From Felis catus (lineage: Eukaryota): 64,000 nucleotides of DNA. Under the pieces are notes generated by a model. The model saw only the letters and a program-made list of their open reading frames with translations, searched no databases and had not been told where the DNA came from. The stretch covers positions 205,718,001-205,782,000 of the forward strand of contig NC_058368.1 in the NCBI RefSeq assembly GCF_018350175.1. The letters are read 5' to 3'. A program made the position numbers and the translations under genes. Positions 24,933 to 38,365 of the stretch are shown piece after piece. Each line of letters starts with the position of its first letter. Position 1 is the stretch's first letter.

Positions 24933-26242
24933 ACATCTTCTTTATCCATTCATTCATTGATGGCCATTTGGGCTCTTTTCATACTTTGGCTATGTTGATA
25001 GTGCTTCTATAAACATTGGGGTGCATGTGTCCCTTCAAAACAGCACACCTGTATCCCTTGGATAGATACCTAGTAGTGCAATTGCTGGGTCATAGGGTAG
25101 TTCTATATTTAGTTTTTTGAGGAACCTCCATACTGTTTTCCAGAGTGGCTGCACCAGCTTGCACTGCCACCAACAATGCAAAAGAGACCCTCTTTCTCTG
25201 CATCCTCGCCAACATCTGTTGTTGCCTGAGTTGTTAATGTTAGCCATTTGACAGGTGTAAGGTGGTATCTCATTGTGGTTTTGATTTGTATTTCCCTGAT
25301 GATGAATGATGTTAAGCTTTTTTCATGTGTCACTTTTTCATGTTTCACTTTTTTTCATGTGTCGGTTGGCCATCTGGATGTCTACTTTGAACTGTCTATT
25401 CATGTCTTTTGCCCATTTATTCACTGGATTATTTGTTTTTTGGGTGTTGAGTTTGATCAGTTCTTTATAGATTTTGAGTGCTAACCCTTTATCTGATATG
25501 TCATTTGCAAATTATCTTCTCCTATTCTGTCGGTTGCCTTTTAGTTTTGCTGATGGTTTCCTTTGCTGTGCAGAAGCTTTTTATTTTGATGAGGTCCCAG
25601 TAGTTCATTTTTGCTTTTAATTCCCTTGCCTTTGGAAATGTGTTGAGTAAGAAATTGCTGCGGCTGAGGTCAGAGAGGATTTCTCCTGCTTTCTCCTCTA
25701 GGGTTTTGATGGTTTCCTATCTCACATTCAGGTCCTTCATCCATTTTAAGTTTATTTTTGAGAATAGTGTAAGAAAGTGGTCTAGATTCATTCTTCTGCA
25801 TGTTGCTATCCAGATCTCCCAGCACCATTTGTTAAAAAGACTGTCTTTTTTCCATTGGACATTCTTTCCTGCTTTCTCAAAGATTAGTTGGCCATACTTT
25901 TGTGGGTCCAATTCTGGAGTCTCTATTCTATTCCATTGGTCTATGTGTCTGTTTTTGTGCCAGTACCATGCTGGCTTGATGATTACAGCTTTGTAATATA
26001 GCTTCAAGTCTGGGATTGTGATACCTCCTGCTTTGGTCTTCTTCTTCAAAATTACTTTGGCTTTTCGTGGCCTTTTGTGGTTCCGTATGAATTTTAGGAT
26101 TGCTTGTTCTAGCTTCAAGAAGAATGCTGGTGCAATTTTGATTGGGATTGCATTGAATGTGTAGATTGCTTTGGGTAGTATTGACATTTTAGCAGTATTT
26201 ATTCTTCCAATCCATGAGCATGGAATGTTTTTCCATTTCTTT

Positions 26243-26465
26243 TTTTTTTTTTTAATTTTTTTAACGTTTATTTATTTTTGAGACAGAGAGAGACAGAGCA
26301 TGAACAGGGGAGGGTCAGAGAGCGGGGGAGACACAGAATCCGAAACAGGCTCCAGGCTCCGAGCTGTCAGCACAGAGCCCGACACGGGGCTCGAACTCAC
26401 GGACCGTGAGATCATGACCTGAGCTAAAGTCGGACGCTCAACCGACTGAGCCACCCAGGCGCCCC
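26243..26465 (-). mobile_element. Felid SINEC inside L1 ORF2
   Basis: TSD TGTTTTTCCATTTCTTT at 26226-26242 and 26466-26482. Confidence 0.95.
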
Positions 26466-28909
26466 TGTTTTTCCATTTCTTTGTATCTTCTTCAATTTCC
26501 TTCATAAGCTTTCTATAGTTTTCAGCATACAGAAAACTTTTACATCTTTGGTTAGTTTTCTTCGTAGGTATTTTATGATTCTTGGTGCAGTTGTGAATGG
26601 GATCAGTTTCTTTATTTGTCTTTCTGTTGCTTCATTATTAGTGTATAAGAATGCCACTGATTTTTGTACATTGATTTTGTATCCTGCGACTTTGCTGAAT
26701 TCATGTATCAGTTCTAGCAGACTTTTGGTGGAGTCTATCAGGTTTTCCATGTATAGTATCATGTCATCTGCAAAAAGTGAAAACTTGACTTCATCTTTGC
26801 CAATTATGATGCCTTTGATTTCCTTTTGTTGTCTGATTGCTGATGCTAGAACTTCCAACACTATGTTAAACAACAGCGGTGAGGGTGGACATCCCTGTCG
26901 TGTTCCTGATCTCAGGGGGAAAGCTCTCAGTTTTTCCCCATTGAAGATGATGTTAGCTGTGGGCTTTTCATAAATGGCTTTTATGATGTTTAAGTATGTT
27001 CCTTCTATCCCGACTTTCTCGAGGGTTTTTATTAAGAAAGGATGCTGAATTTTGTCAGATCCTTTTTCTGCATCGATTGACAGGATCATATGGTTCTTAT
27101 CTTTTCTTTTATTAATGTGATGTATCACATTGGTTTGTGAATATTGAACCAGCCCTGCAGCTCAGGAATGAATCCCACTTGATCATGGTGAATAATTCTT
27201 TTTATATGCTGTTGAATTCGATTTGCTAGTATCTCGTTGAGAATTTTTGCATCCATATTCATCAGGGATATTGGCCTGTAGTTCTCTTTTTTTGCTCTGT
27301 CTCTGTCTGGTTTGGGAATCAAAGTAATGCTGGCTTCATAGAATGAATCTGGAAGTTTTCCTTCCCTTTCTATTTTTTGGAACAGCTTGAGAAGTATAGG
27401 TATTATCTCTGCTTTAAATGTCTGGTAGAATTCCCCAGGGACGCCATCTAGTCCTGGACTCTTATTTGTTGGGAGATTTTTGATAACCGATTCAATGTCT
27501 TCGCTGGTTATGTGTCTGTTCAAATTTTCTATTTCTTCCTGTTTGAGTTTTGGAAGTGTGTGGGTGCTTAAGAATTTGTCATTTCTTTCAGGTTGTCCAG
27601 TTTGTTGGCTTATAGTTTTTCATAGTATTCCCTGATCATTGCTTGTATTTCTGAGGGATTGGTTGTAATAATTCCATTTTCATTCAAGATTTTATCTATT
27701 TGGTTCCTCTCCCCTTTTTTTTTTGAGAAGTCTTACAAGAGGTTTATCAATTTTGTTTATTTAAAAAAAAAAAAACAACTCTTGGTTTCATTGATCTGCT
27801 CTACAGTTTTTTTAGATTCTATATTGTTTATTTCTGCTCTGATATTTATTATTTCTCTTCTTCTGCTGGTTTGGAGCGTCTTTGCTGTTCTGCTTCTATT
27901 TCCTTTAGGTGTGCTGTTAGATTTTGTATTTGGGATTTTTCTTGTTTCTTGAGATAAGCCTGGATTGTAATGTATTTTCCTCTCAGGACTGCCTTCACTG
28001 CATCCCAAAGTGTTTGGATTCTTGTATTTTCATTTTCATTTGTTTCCATATATTTTTAAATTTCTTCTCTAATTGCCTGGTTGACTCATTCATTCTTTAG
28101 TATGATGTTCTTTAACCTCCATGCTTTTGAAGGTTTTCCAGACCTTTTCCTGTGGTTGATTTCAAGTTTCATAGCACTGTGGTCTGAAAGCATGCATGGT
28201 GTGATCTCAATTCTTTCATACTTATTAAGGGCTGTTTTGTGACCCGGTATGTGATCTATGTGCATGTGAGAAGAAAGTATATTCTGTTGCTTTGGGATGC
28301 AGAGTTCTAAATATATCTGTCAAGTCCATCTGATCCAAGATATCATTCAGGGCCCTTGTTTCTTTATTTATTCTCTGTCTAGATGTTCTATCCATTGTTG
28401 TAAGTGGAGTATTAAAGTCTCCTGCATTTACCACATTCTTATCAATAAGTTTGCTTATATTTGTGATTAATTGTTTTATATATTTGGGGGCTGCTGAATT
28501 TGGTGCAGAGACATTTATAATTGTTAGCTCTTCCTGATGGATAGACCTTGTAATTATTATATAATGCCCTTCTTCATCTCTTGTTACAGCCTTAATTTAA
28601 AGTCCACTTTGTCTGATATAAGTATGGATACTCCAGCTTTCTTTTGACTTCCAGGAGCATGACAGATAGTTCTCCATCTCCTCACTTTCAATCTGAATGT
28701 GTCCTCAGGTCTAAAATGAGTCTCTTGTGGACAGCAAATAGGTGGGTCTTGTTTTTTAATCCATTCTGATACCCTATGTCTTTTGGTTGGAGCATTGAGT
28801 CCATTTACACTCAGTGTTATTATTGAAAGATATGGGTTTAGAGTCATTGTGATATCTGTAGGTTTCATGCTTGTAGTGGTGTCTCTGGTACTTTGTGGTC
28901 CTTGCAACA

Positions 28910-29813
28910 TTTCACTCAGAGTCCCCCTTAGGATCTCTTATAGGGCTGGTTTAGTGGTGACGAATTCCTTCAGTTTTTGTTTGTTTGGGAAAACCTTTAT
29001 CTCCTTCTATTCTGAATGACAGACTTGCTGGATAAAGGATTCTTGGCTGCATAATTTTTCTGATCATCACATTGAAGATTTCCTGCTGTTCCTTTCTGGC
29101 CTGCCAAGTTTCAGTAGATAGGTCTGCTACTACCCTTATGTGTCTACCTTTGTATGTTAGGGCCCGTTTATCCCTAGCTGCTTTCAGAATTCTCTCTTTA
29201 TTCTTGTATTTTGCCAGTTTTACTATGATATGTAGTGCAGAAGATCGGTTCAAGTTATGTCTGAAGGGACTTCTCTGTGTCTCTTGGATTTCAATGCCTA
29301 TTTCCTTCCCCAGATCAGGGAAGTTCTCAGCTATGATTTGTTCAAGTACACCTTCAGCCCCTTTCTCTCTCTCTTCTGGAATTCTTATGAAACGGATATT
29401 GTTCTGTTTGATTGCATCACTTAGTTCTCTAATTCTCCCCTCGTACTCCTGGATTTTTTTTATCTCTCTTTTTCTCAGCTTCCTCTTTTTCCATAATTTT
29501 ATCTGCTAATTCACCTATTCTCTCCTCTGCCTCTTCAGTCCACGCTGTGGCCGCCTCCATTTTATTTTGCACCTCATTTATAGCATTTTTTAATTCATCA
29601 TGACTATTTTTTAGTTGCTTGATCTCTGTAGCAATAGATTCTCTGCTGTCCTCTATGCTTTTTTCAAGCCCAGCGATTAATTTTTTCAAGCCCAGCGGTG
29701 ACTATTATTCTAAATTCTTGTTCTGTTATATTGCTTAAATCGGTTTTGATGAATTCTTTAGCTGTAGCTACTTCCTGGAATTTCTTTTGAGGAGAATTCT
29801 TCCATTTCATCAT
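28910..29813 (-). pseudogene. L1 ORF1p remnant (frameshifted)
   Basis: Coiled-coil (GLEKSIEDSRESIATEIKQLK...) and RRM/CTD (HIIVKLAKYKNKERILKAAR...QPRILYPA) fragments in different frames. Small tandem duplication near 29660-29700. End approximate. Confidence 0.88.
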
Positions 29814-31642
29814 TTTGGCTAGTTTTCTGTCCCTTATGTGTTTTAAAAGCTTGTTGTGTGCTCTGCACCTGTGAGCACTGCTATATTAAAGGAAGGTCAT
29901 ACACTGTCCAGGGCCTGGCGCTTCAGGAGGTTTTTTTCTGGAGATTGTTACTTGCTCTCTGTTGTTGTGACTTTGGTTATTTTATTACCCTACTCGTAGC
30001 AATATTATGGACCCTCCACCAGGTGTGCTTTGATTTGTTCCTTGGAGTAGCCCTGTGAAGGAAAACAGACGAACAGGAGAAAAAAACACGTAAACGCACA
30101 AATAAGTAACACAAACAAACAAACAAAAACAAAAACCTAAAGACTAAAAACAAAAAACCCCAAAACACCGACTACAAGTAAAGGAGAGGGTGGAGGTGGA
30201 GCTAATGGAAGAGCACATACAAGGAGAGAAATAACAGGAACGGGGTGGGGGCAGGGGTGGGGAAGAAAAAATAAACATTGATTAGGCAGAGAGACTAAAA
30301 GGCTTAATCCAGAAAGATAGAAAGGAAAATAAAGATGGAGGCGGGGAAAATGGAATGAAGATAAAGTTACCCAGATGGAGAAACTATATAGCTTGATTAT
30401 TCCAGAGAGAGAGAAAGTGTAAAGAAGGAAGTGTAGAACATGTATCAAGACACTGGATTAAATATGTTTGTTTAGACAGGCCAATAACCAGAGCAACCAG
30501 CCTAAGGGGAGGGAAGAGATAAGGAGGAGAAATGGGGACAGGGGGAGAATATATCTCTATATCCAGAATTGACCTAGAGTTAATCCAGGCAATGCTGCAT
30601 CACTTGAAGGTAGTCGCTGTCTTCAGGGTCTCTGCCCCTCCGGTGGGTATGCAGTTACCCAGTGCAAGGGGGCGTGGTTTGGCATAATCTGAACCTACCT
30701 CCACTATGGGCCCTGGGAGTGATCCCTGAGGCCTCGCCTTGGTGGTGGTGGGGCAGGAGGGAGGTGGATGGTGATTCCCCAGTCTCTTCTCCATGGAGCT
30801 GGACCCGGTGGAGTCAGTTTGAGTCGTCCTCACTGTGCCGCTGGCGGAGATTGGGTGGTCCTTCTCTCTCTGCCAACTCCTTTGACTCTGTGCTTGGCTA
30901 GGATTCAAAGTCCCACTTCATGAGCTCTGGCCCTGGGGAGGCTCCTCTTAGTGCTTCAATATGTGGTCCCAGCTGGCTTTGTCTGTGCCACTGCACTTCA
31001 GGGAGGTTTGACTTCTCCTACTGCAGACTGAGCCGCTGCCCTCGCCTCTACCAGCCCCCAGGGGGGTGGACACAGGCAGGCTTTATCCTTCCCACAGCAT
31101 TCCAGGGAAACAGCGGCCTTATCCTTCTGCAGAGTGCACCCTCAGCCCAGCCACTGTGCCTGGGGGTGGCAGACGCAGGCAGGTTCTGTGCTATCACACA
31201 GCCCTCCAGGGAGGGAACTGCTTTCTCCAGCTGTGGACTCAGCCTCTGACCTACCCCGCACCCAGGCCTGACTCCCCTCCTCCCCAGGTGCACTAACAGG
31301 GAGCCGGCTGGATCCCTCTCAGTCTCAGTCCGAGGTCTTTCTCCTGTCCAAATACGATCCTGCACTTCTCTAGCCGCTCTTTCTCTTCTTTTTCTCTCCT
31401 CAGAAGGGGGTCCCTCCCCTCCACGCCCACATGGCCTTTTTTTATCTCTGCCTGTTCACAGTTACCCACCTATGTTTTTTTCCAGCTTTCCCATTTTATT
31501 CCTAGAAGATTCAGTCTCATTTCCTCCCAGGCTCTGGTGTTCAAAGTCCTTTGGCTTCTACACTTTTTTGTTTGAGAGATGCTGGAATTATGGATTCCCC
31601 CTACTTCTCCACCATGTTGGCCCCCACATGTGGAAGTTTTTT

Positions 31643-32746
31643 AGTTTGTAATCCCACTTTTCTATTCTTCTGTTGTCTGTTCTCTTGGCGTCCTATGCAA
31701 GAAATAATTGCCAAGACAAATGTCCAGAAGGGTTTTCCTCATGTTTTCTTCTAAGAGCTTTACTGTTTCAGGTCTTATATTTAACTCTTTAATTCACTTT
31801 GAGTTAATTTTTGTGTATGGTGTAAGATAAGGGCCCAATAAATTTTATTCTTTAGAATGTAGATATCCAGTTTTCCCAACACATTTATTGAAGAGCTGAT
31901 ATGTCATTGTATATTTTTGACAACCTTGTCAAAGATCAGTTGACTGTATGTATATGTGTTGGTTTAGTTTTGGGCTCTCCATTTTGTTCTATTGATCTAT
32001 GTGTCTGTCCTTATGTTAGTACCATACTGTTTTGCTTACTATAGTTTTGTAATATGTTTTGAAACACAAAGTATAAGTCTTCCAGCTTTGTTCTTTTTTT
32101 TCAAGATTATTTTGGCTATTTGGGTTTTTTGTGGTTTCTTATGAATTTTAGGACTGTTTCTTCTATTTCTGTACAAAAAGGTCATTGGGATTTTGATGGA
32201 GATTGCATTGAATCTGTAGATAAATTTGGGTAGTCTGGGCATGATAACAGTATTGTCTTCCATCAATGAATAGGGGATGTCTTTCCATTTATGTGAATCT
32301 GTTTATGTCAATCTGTTTCACAAATGTTTTACAGTTTTCTGGGTACAAATATTTTATCTCCTTGGTTAAGTTTATTACTAAATATTTTATTGTTTTGAAT
32401 GCAGTTATATGGGATTATTAATTTCCTTTTTGGATTGTTTATATTTATTTTTTAAGTTTATTTATTTTGAGAAAGAGAGGGAGAGTGAGAGAGAGAATGA
32501 GCAGGAAAGGGGCAGAGAGAGGAGGGAAAGAATCCCAAGCAAGCTCCTCACTCAGCACAGAGCCTGACTCAGGGTTTGATCTCACAAACAGTGAGATCAT
32601 GACCCGGACCAAAATCAAGAGTCAGACACTTGATCGACTGAACCACCCAGGCACCCCAGGATTTTTTTTTTTTGGCATATAGAAAGGAGACTGATTTTTG
32701 TATATTGATTTTTGTATCCTGCAACTTTACTAAATGCATTTATTCC

Positions 32747-32799
<53 letters not shown>

Positions 32800-34099
32800 C
32801 TTTAGGATTTTCTACATATTTGATCATATTATCTGCCAGCCAAAATCATTTTAATTCTTTCTTTCCTATTTGAATATCTTATTTTTCTTGTAGAATTGCT
32901 CTGGCCAAGTCCAGTACTGTGTTGAATAGAAATGTTAAGAGTGGGCATACTTGCTTTGTTCCTAAGAGCTTTTAGCTTTGAGTGTAATATTATCACAGAC
33001 ATTTCATATATGACCTTTTTGATGTTAGGGTCATTTCTTTCTACTCCTAGTCTGTTTAGTTTTTTTTTTTAATATGAAAGGGTGTTGAATTTTTGTCAAG
33101 TGCTTTTTCTGCATCTGTTAAGATGATCATGTACTTTTAATCTTTTATTATGTTAATGTGGTGCATCATATTGATTTTTTTTTAACATTGAACTATCCTT
33201 GCACTCTTGTGTTAAATCCCACTAGGTTATGGTGTATGAATTTGGTTTGCTACTATTTTGTTGAAGAGTTTAGCGTCTTTAAATCATCAGGGATATTGGC
33301 CTGTAGTTTTAGTATCTTGTAGTGTTTTTATCTGGCTTTGGTAGCAGACTAATGCTGGTTTCACAAATGAGTTTGGAAGTGCTACTTTTTAATTTTTTGG
33401 AGGAGTTTAAGAAGGATTGGTGTTAATTCTTTAAATGTTGGGTAGAATTCAACAGTGAAGCAATCTGATTTCCAGCTTTTCTTTGTTTAGGGATTTTTGA
33501 TTACTTGTTTAATCTCTTATTAGTTATAGATTTGTTCAGATTTTGTTTCTTCATGATTCAGTCTTGATCAGTTGTGTGTTTCCAGGAATTTATGCATTTA
33601 TTCTCAGTTATACAGTTTGGCATATAATTGCTCATATTAGTCTTTTTTTGAACTGTTTTATTTCTGTGGCCTCAATTGAAATATAATACATATATATAAA
33701 GAATATATTGTTTTTATGCATTTGAGAATTTCTCATTGTATTGATTTCTAGTTTTATTCCATTGTGGACAGAAAAAGACACTTGGTGTGATTCTAATCTT
33801 TTAAAATCCTTGAGACCTGTTTTGTGACCTAACATATGATCTGTCCTGGAGAATGTTCCATGTGTGCTTGATAAGAATGTGTATTCTGCTATAGTTGGAT
33901 AGAATATTTTGTGTATGTCTGCTCAGCACATTTGGTCCATAGTGTTCAAGTTCTCTGTTTCCTTGTTGATCTTCTGTCTAGATGTTCAATCCATTCTCCA
34001 AAGTGGAATATTGAAATTTCCTATGTATTTCTCCTTTCAGTTTTGTAGTATTTGCTTTGTATATTTAGGTAATTTATATATTTCCCTTGTGAATTGACC
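31643..34099 (-). mobile_element. Old L1 continuation (ORF2 RT back to endonuclease), with SINE at about 32445-32658 and (TG)23 at 32750-32795
   Basis: Degraded ORF2 motifs (LPKFIYRFNAISIKIP; MLGHKTGLKDFKR). Confidence 0.85.
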
Positions 34100-35408
34100 C
34101 CATCGTCAAGTAGGTTTTATCTGTGGGATGCAAAGATGTTTTAACATATACAAATCAATAAATGTGATATCCCACATTAATAGAATCAAGAATAAAAATC
34201 ATCTTATCATCTCAGTAGATGCAGATAAGCTTTAACAAAACTCAATGCCATTTCATGATAAATTCTCCCAACAAATGGGATATGTAAGGAACATACTTCA
34301 TAAAATAAAGATCATATATGACAAAGCCATAGCTAACTTCATGCTCAATGATGAAAGCTAAAAGCTTTTTCTCTAAAATCAGAAACAAGATAAGGGTGCC
34401 CCCACCAATTATTCCTATTCAACCAAGTATAGAAGTGCTACCCATAGCAATTAGGCAATAAAAAGAAATGAAAGGCATACAAATTAGAAAGGAAGAAGTA
34501 AAATTGTCTGTTTGCAGATGACATGATCTTATATGTAGAAAACCCTAAGAACTCAGCCAAAAACCTGTTAGAACTAATAAACAAAGTCAATAACATTTCT
34601 GCTTAGAAAATCAACTTACAAAAATCAGTTGTCTTTCTATACACTAACACAAAATTTCTGAAAGAAATTAAGAAACAATTACACTTACAATAGTATGAAA
34701 AAAACCCCAATAAAATACCAAGGAATAAATCTAACCAAGGAGATGAAAGATTTGTCCATTGAAAACTATAAGACATTAATGAAAGAAATTAAAAAAGATT
34801 AATGGAAAGATCTCCCATCTTCATGGATCATAATACTGTTAAAATGTCCATACCACCCAAAGCCATGTAGATATAGATTCAGTGAAACCCCTATCAAAAT
34901 TCCGATGGCATTTTTCACAGAAATAGAAAAAAACTATCCTAAAATTCATATGGATCCACAAAAGACCCTGAATAGTCAAAGTAATCTTGAGAAAGAACAA
35001 AACTGAGGCTTCACAATTCCTGAATGAAAACTATACCACAAAGCTATAGTGATCAAAGCAGTATGGTACTGACATAAAAACAGGCACATTGACGAATGGA
35101 ATAGAATCAATAGTCCAGAAATTGATCCATTCATATATGATCAACTAATATTTGGCAAGACAGCCAAGAATAATCAATGGGGAAAGGATAGTCTTTTCAA
35201 TAAATGATGTTGGGAAAATTGCTATTTGCATGAAAAGAATGAAATTGGACCTCTATCTTAACTATGCACAATAACTAGCTCAAAATGGATTAAAGACTGA
35301 AACTGTAACACTCTTAGAAGAAAACACATGGCAAAAGTTTCTTAGCATTGGTCTTGGCAATGACTTCTTTGGATATGACACCATATGTATAAGAAATAAA
35401 AGCAAAAA
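34100..35408 (+). mobile_element. Second old L1 ORF2 segment, + strand; resumes at about 37767-38365
   Basis: Starts at the HHDQVGF-coding region (catcgtcaagtaggttttat); includes tttgcagatgacatgatc (FADDMI). Confidence 0.85.
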
Positions 35409-36336
35409 CCTAAACCAAAGAGGTAAAATATCTGCATACTGAAAACTACAGAAAGCTTATGAAAGAAATTAAAGAAGATGCAAAGAAACAGAAAAAAATT
35501 TCATGCTCATGGGTCGGAAGAACAAATATTGCTAAAATGTCAATACTACCCAAAGCAATTTACACATTCCATGCAGTCCCAATCAAAATTGCACCAGCAT
35601 TCTTCTCAGAGCTAGAAAAAACTATCCTAAAATTTGTGTGGAACTGGAAAAAAACCAGAATAGCCAAAGTAATGTTGAAAAAGAAATCCAAAGCTGGAGG
35701 CATCACAATTCTGGACTTCAAGCTGTATTATAAAGCTGTAATCATCAAGACAGTATGGTGCTGGCATAAAAACAGACACATAGATCAATGAAACAGAATA
35801 GAGAACCCAGAAATGGACCTACAAATGTATGGCCAACTAATCTTTGACAAAGCAGGGAAGAATACCCAGTGGAAAAAAGACAGTCTCTTCAGCAAATGAT
35901 GTGGGGAAAACTGGACAGCGACATGTGGAAGAATGAACCTGGACCACTTTCTTACACCATACACAAAAATAAACTCAAAATGGATGAAAGACCTAAATGT
36001 GAGACAAGAAACCATCAAAATCCTAGAGGAGAAAACAGGCAACAACCTCTTTGACCTTGGCTGCAGCAACCTCTTACTTGACATGTCTCCAGAGGCAAGG
36101 GAAACAAAAGCAAAAATGAATTATTGGGACCTCATCAAGATAAAAGCTTCTGTATACTGAAGGAAACAGTCAACAAAACAGGCAACTCCCCAGAATGGGA
36201 GAAGATATTTACAAAGGACATATCGGATAAAGGGTTACTATTCGAAATCTATAAAGAACTTATCAAACTCAACACCCAAAAAACAAATAATCCAGTGAAG
36301 AAATGGGCAAAAGACACAAACAAAAGACACTTTTCT

Positions 36337-36659
<323 letters not shown>

Positions 36660-37235
36660 TAACACTTCACACCTGTCAGAATGGCTAAAATTAACAACTC
36701 AGGAAACAACAGATGTTGGTGAGGATGTGGAGAAAAGAGAATCCTTTTGCATTGCTCATGGGAATGCAAATGATGGATCCACTCTGGAGAACAGTATGGA
36801 GGTTCCTCAAAAAATTAAAAATAGAACTACCTACAACCCAGCAATTGCACAACTAGGTATTTATACAAGGGATACAGGTGTGCTGTTTCCAAGGGCACAT
36901 GCACCCCAATGTTTACAGCAGTGCTATTGACAATAGCCAAATTATGGAATGAGCCCAAATGTTCATTGACTGATGAATAGATAAGAAGATGTGGTATTTA
37001 TATACAATGGAAATATTACTCAATGATCAAAAAGAATGAAATGTTGCCATTTGCAATGATGTAGATGGAACTAGAATGCATTATGCTAAGAGAAATAAGT
37101 CAGTCAGAGAAAGGCAAATATCATATGATTTCATTCATATGTGGAATTTAAGAAATAAACAGATGAACACAAGGGAAGGGAAGGAAGGAAAAATAAGATA
37201 AAAACATAGAGGGAGGCAAATCATAAGAGACTCTT

Positions 37236-37494
37236 TTTTTGTTTTGTTTTAATGTGTGCTTCTTTTATTATTTTTATGAAGATCATCTTTTTTATATGGT
37301 CAGGGGCCATTGGTTTTTCTTTTTTTTAACTTGTTTTATTTTGTATTTTTTAAAATTGACATCCAAATTAGTTAGCATATAGTGCAACAATAATTTCAGG
37401 AGTAGATTCCTTAGTGCCCCTTACCCGTTTAGTCCATCCCCCCCCCCACAACCCCTCCTGTAACCCTCAGTTTGTTCTCCATATTTATGAGTCT
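37236..37494 (-). mobile_element. Short L1 3' end carrying a 3' transduction
   Basis: TSD AATCATAAGAGACTCTT at 37219-37235 and 37495-37511. Confidence 0.88.
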
Positions 37495-37785
37495 AATCAT
37501 AAGAGACTCTTAAAGACAGAGAACAAACTGAGGGTTGCTGGAGGGATGATGGGTAGGCAGATGGGCTAAATGGGTGATGGGCATTAAGGAGGGCACTTGG
37601 GATGAGCACTGGGTATTATATGTAAGTAATAAATCAGTAAATTCTACTCCTGAAACCATTATTATGATATATGTTAACTAACTTGGATTTAAATAAAATG
37701 CATTCTCCACATTTTTAACAGAAAAAAAAAACCTTCTTTGTCAAAAAAAAGAAAAATAAGCAAAAATGAATAAAAGCACATTACA

Positions 37786-37995
37786 GCACCTGGGTGGCTC
37801 AGCCAGATAAGCATCCGACTCTTGATTTTGGCTCAGGCCATGATCTCAAGGTTTCTGTGTTCGAGCCCCACATTGGGTTCCCTGCTGATAGTGCAGAGCC
37901 TGCTTGTGATTTTCTCTCTGTCTCTGTCTCTCTCTTTCCCTCTGTCCCGCATTTGTGCTCAAAATAAATAAACTTAAAAAATTAAAAAAAAATAA
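37786..37995 (+). mobile_element. Older SINEC
   Basis: gcacctgggtggctcagcc head, CT tract, A tail. Confidence 0.88.
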
Positions 37996-38365
37996 AAAAG
38001 CAGGACTATATCAAACTAAAAACCTTCTGCACAGCAGAAGAAATAATCAACAAAATGAAGAAGCAATATATAAGATGGTAGAAAATGTTTGCAAATTATA
38101 TGTCTGATAAGGGGTTAATTTCCAGAATATAAGGAACTCTTACAGCTCAATAACCAACAAACAAACAAACAAACAAACAAAAACCCAATCTGATTTAAAA
38201 ATGAGCAGAGGACATGAATAAGGCATTTTCCAAAGAAAACATGCAAATGGCCAACAGGTACATGAAAATATGTGCAAAATCACTAATCATCAGAGAAATG
38301 CAAAAAACAAAACCACAATAAGATATCACCCAATATCTATTAGAATGGCCATTATAGAAACATAC

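Larger units (their letters stand above)
23880..28847 (-). pseudogene. L1 ORF2p remnant (endonuclease, reverse transcriptase, C-terminal domain), broken
   Basis: [79 protein letters not shown] motifs, with stops, frameshifts and insertions. Confidence 0.93.
23628..31626 (-). mobile_element. Full-length, inactivated felid LINE-1 (5' UTR, ORF1, ORF2, two 3' ends)
   Basis: 16-bp TSD CATGTGGAAGTTTTTT at 23612-23627 and 31627-31642. 5' start GGGGGCCAACATGGTGGAGAAGTAGGGG. ORF1 from about 29813, ORF2 from 28847. Confidence 0.95.

Noticed and set aside
23628..31626. Retrotransposition-competent L1
   Set aside because: Both ORFs are fragmented, ORF2 contains a SINE, and the 5' UTR is CpG-depleted.
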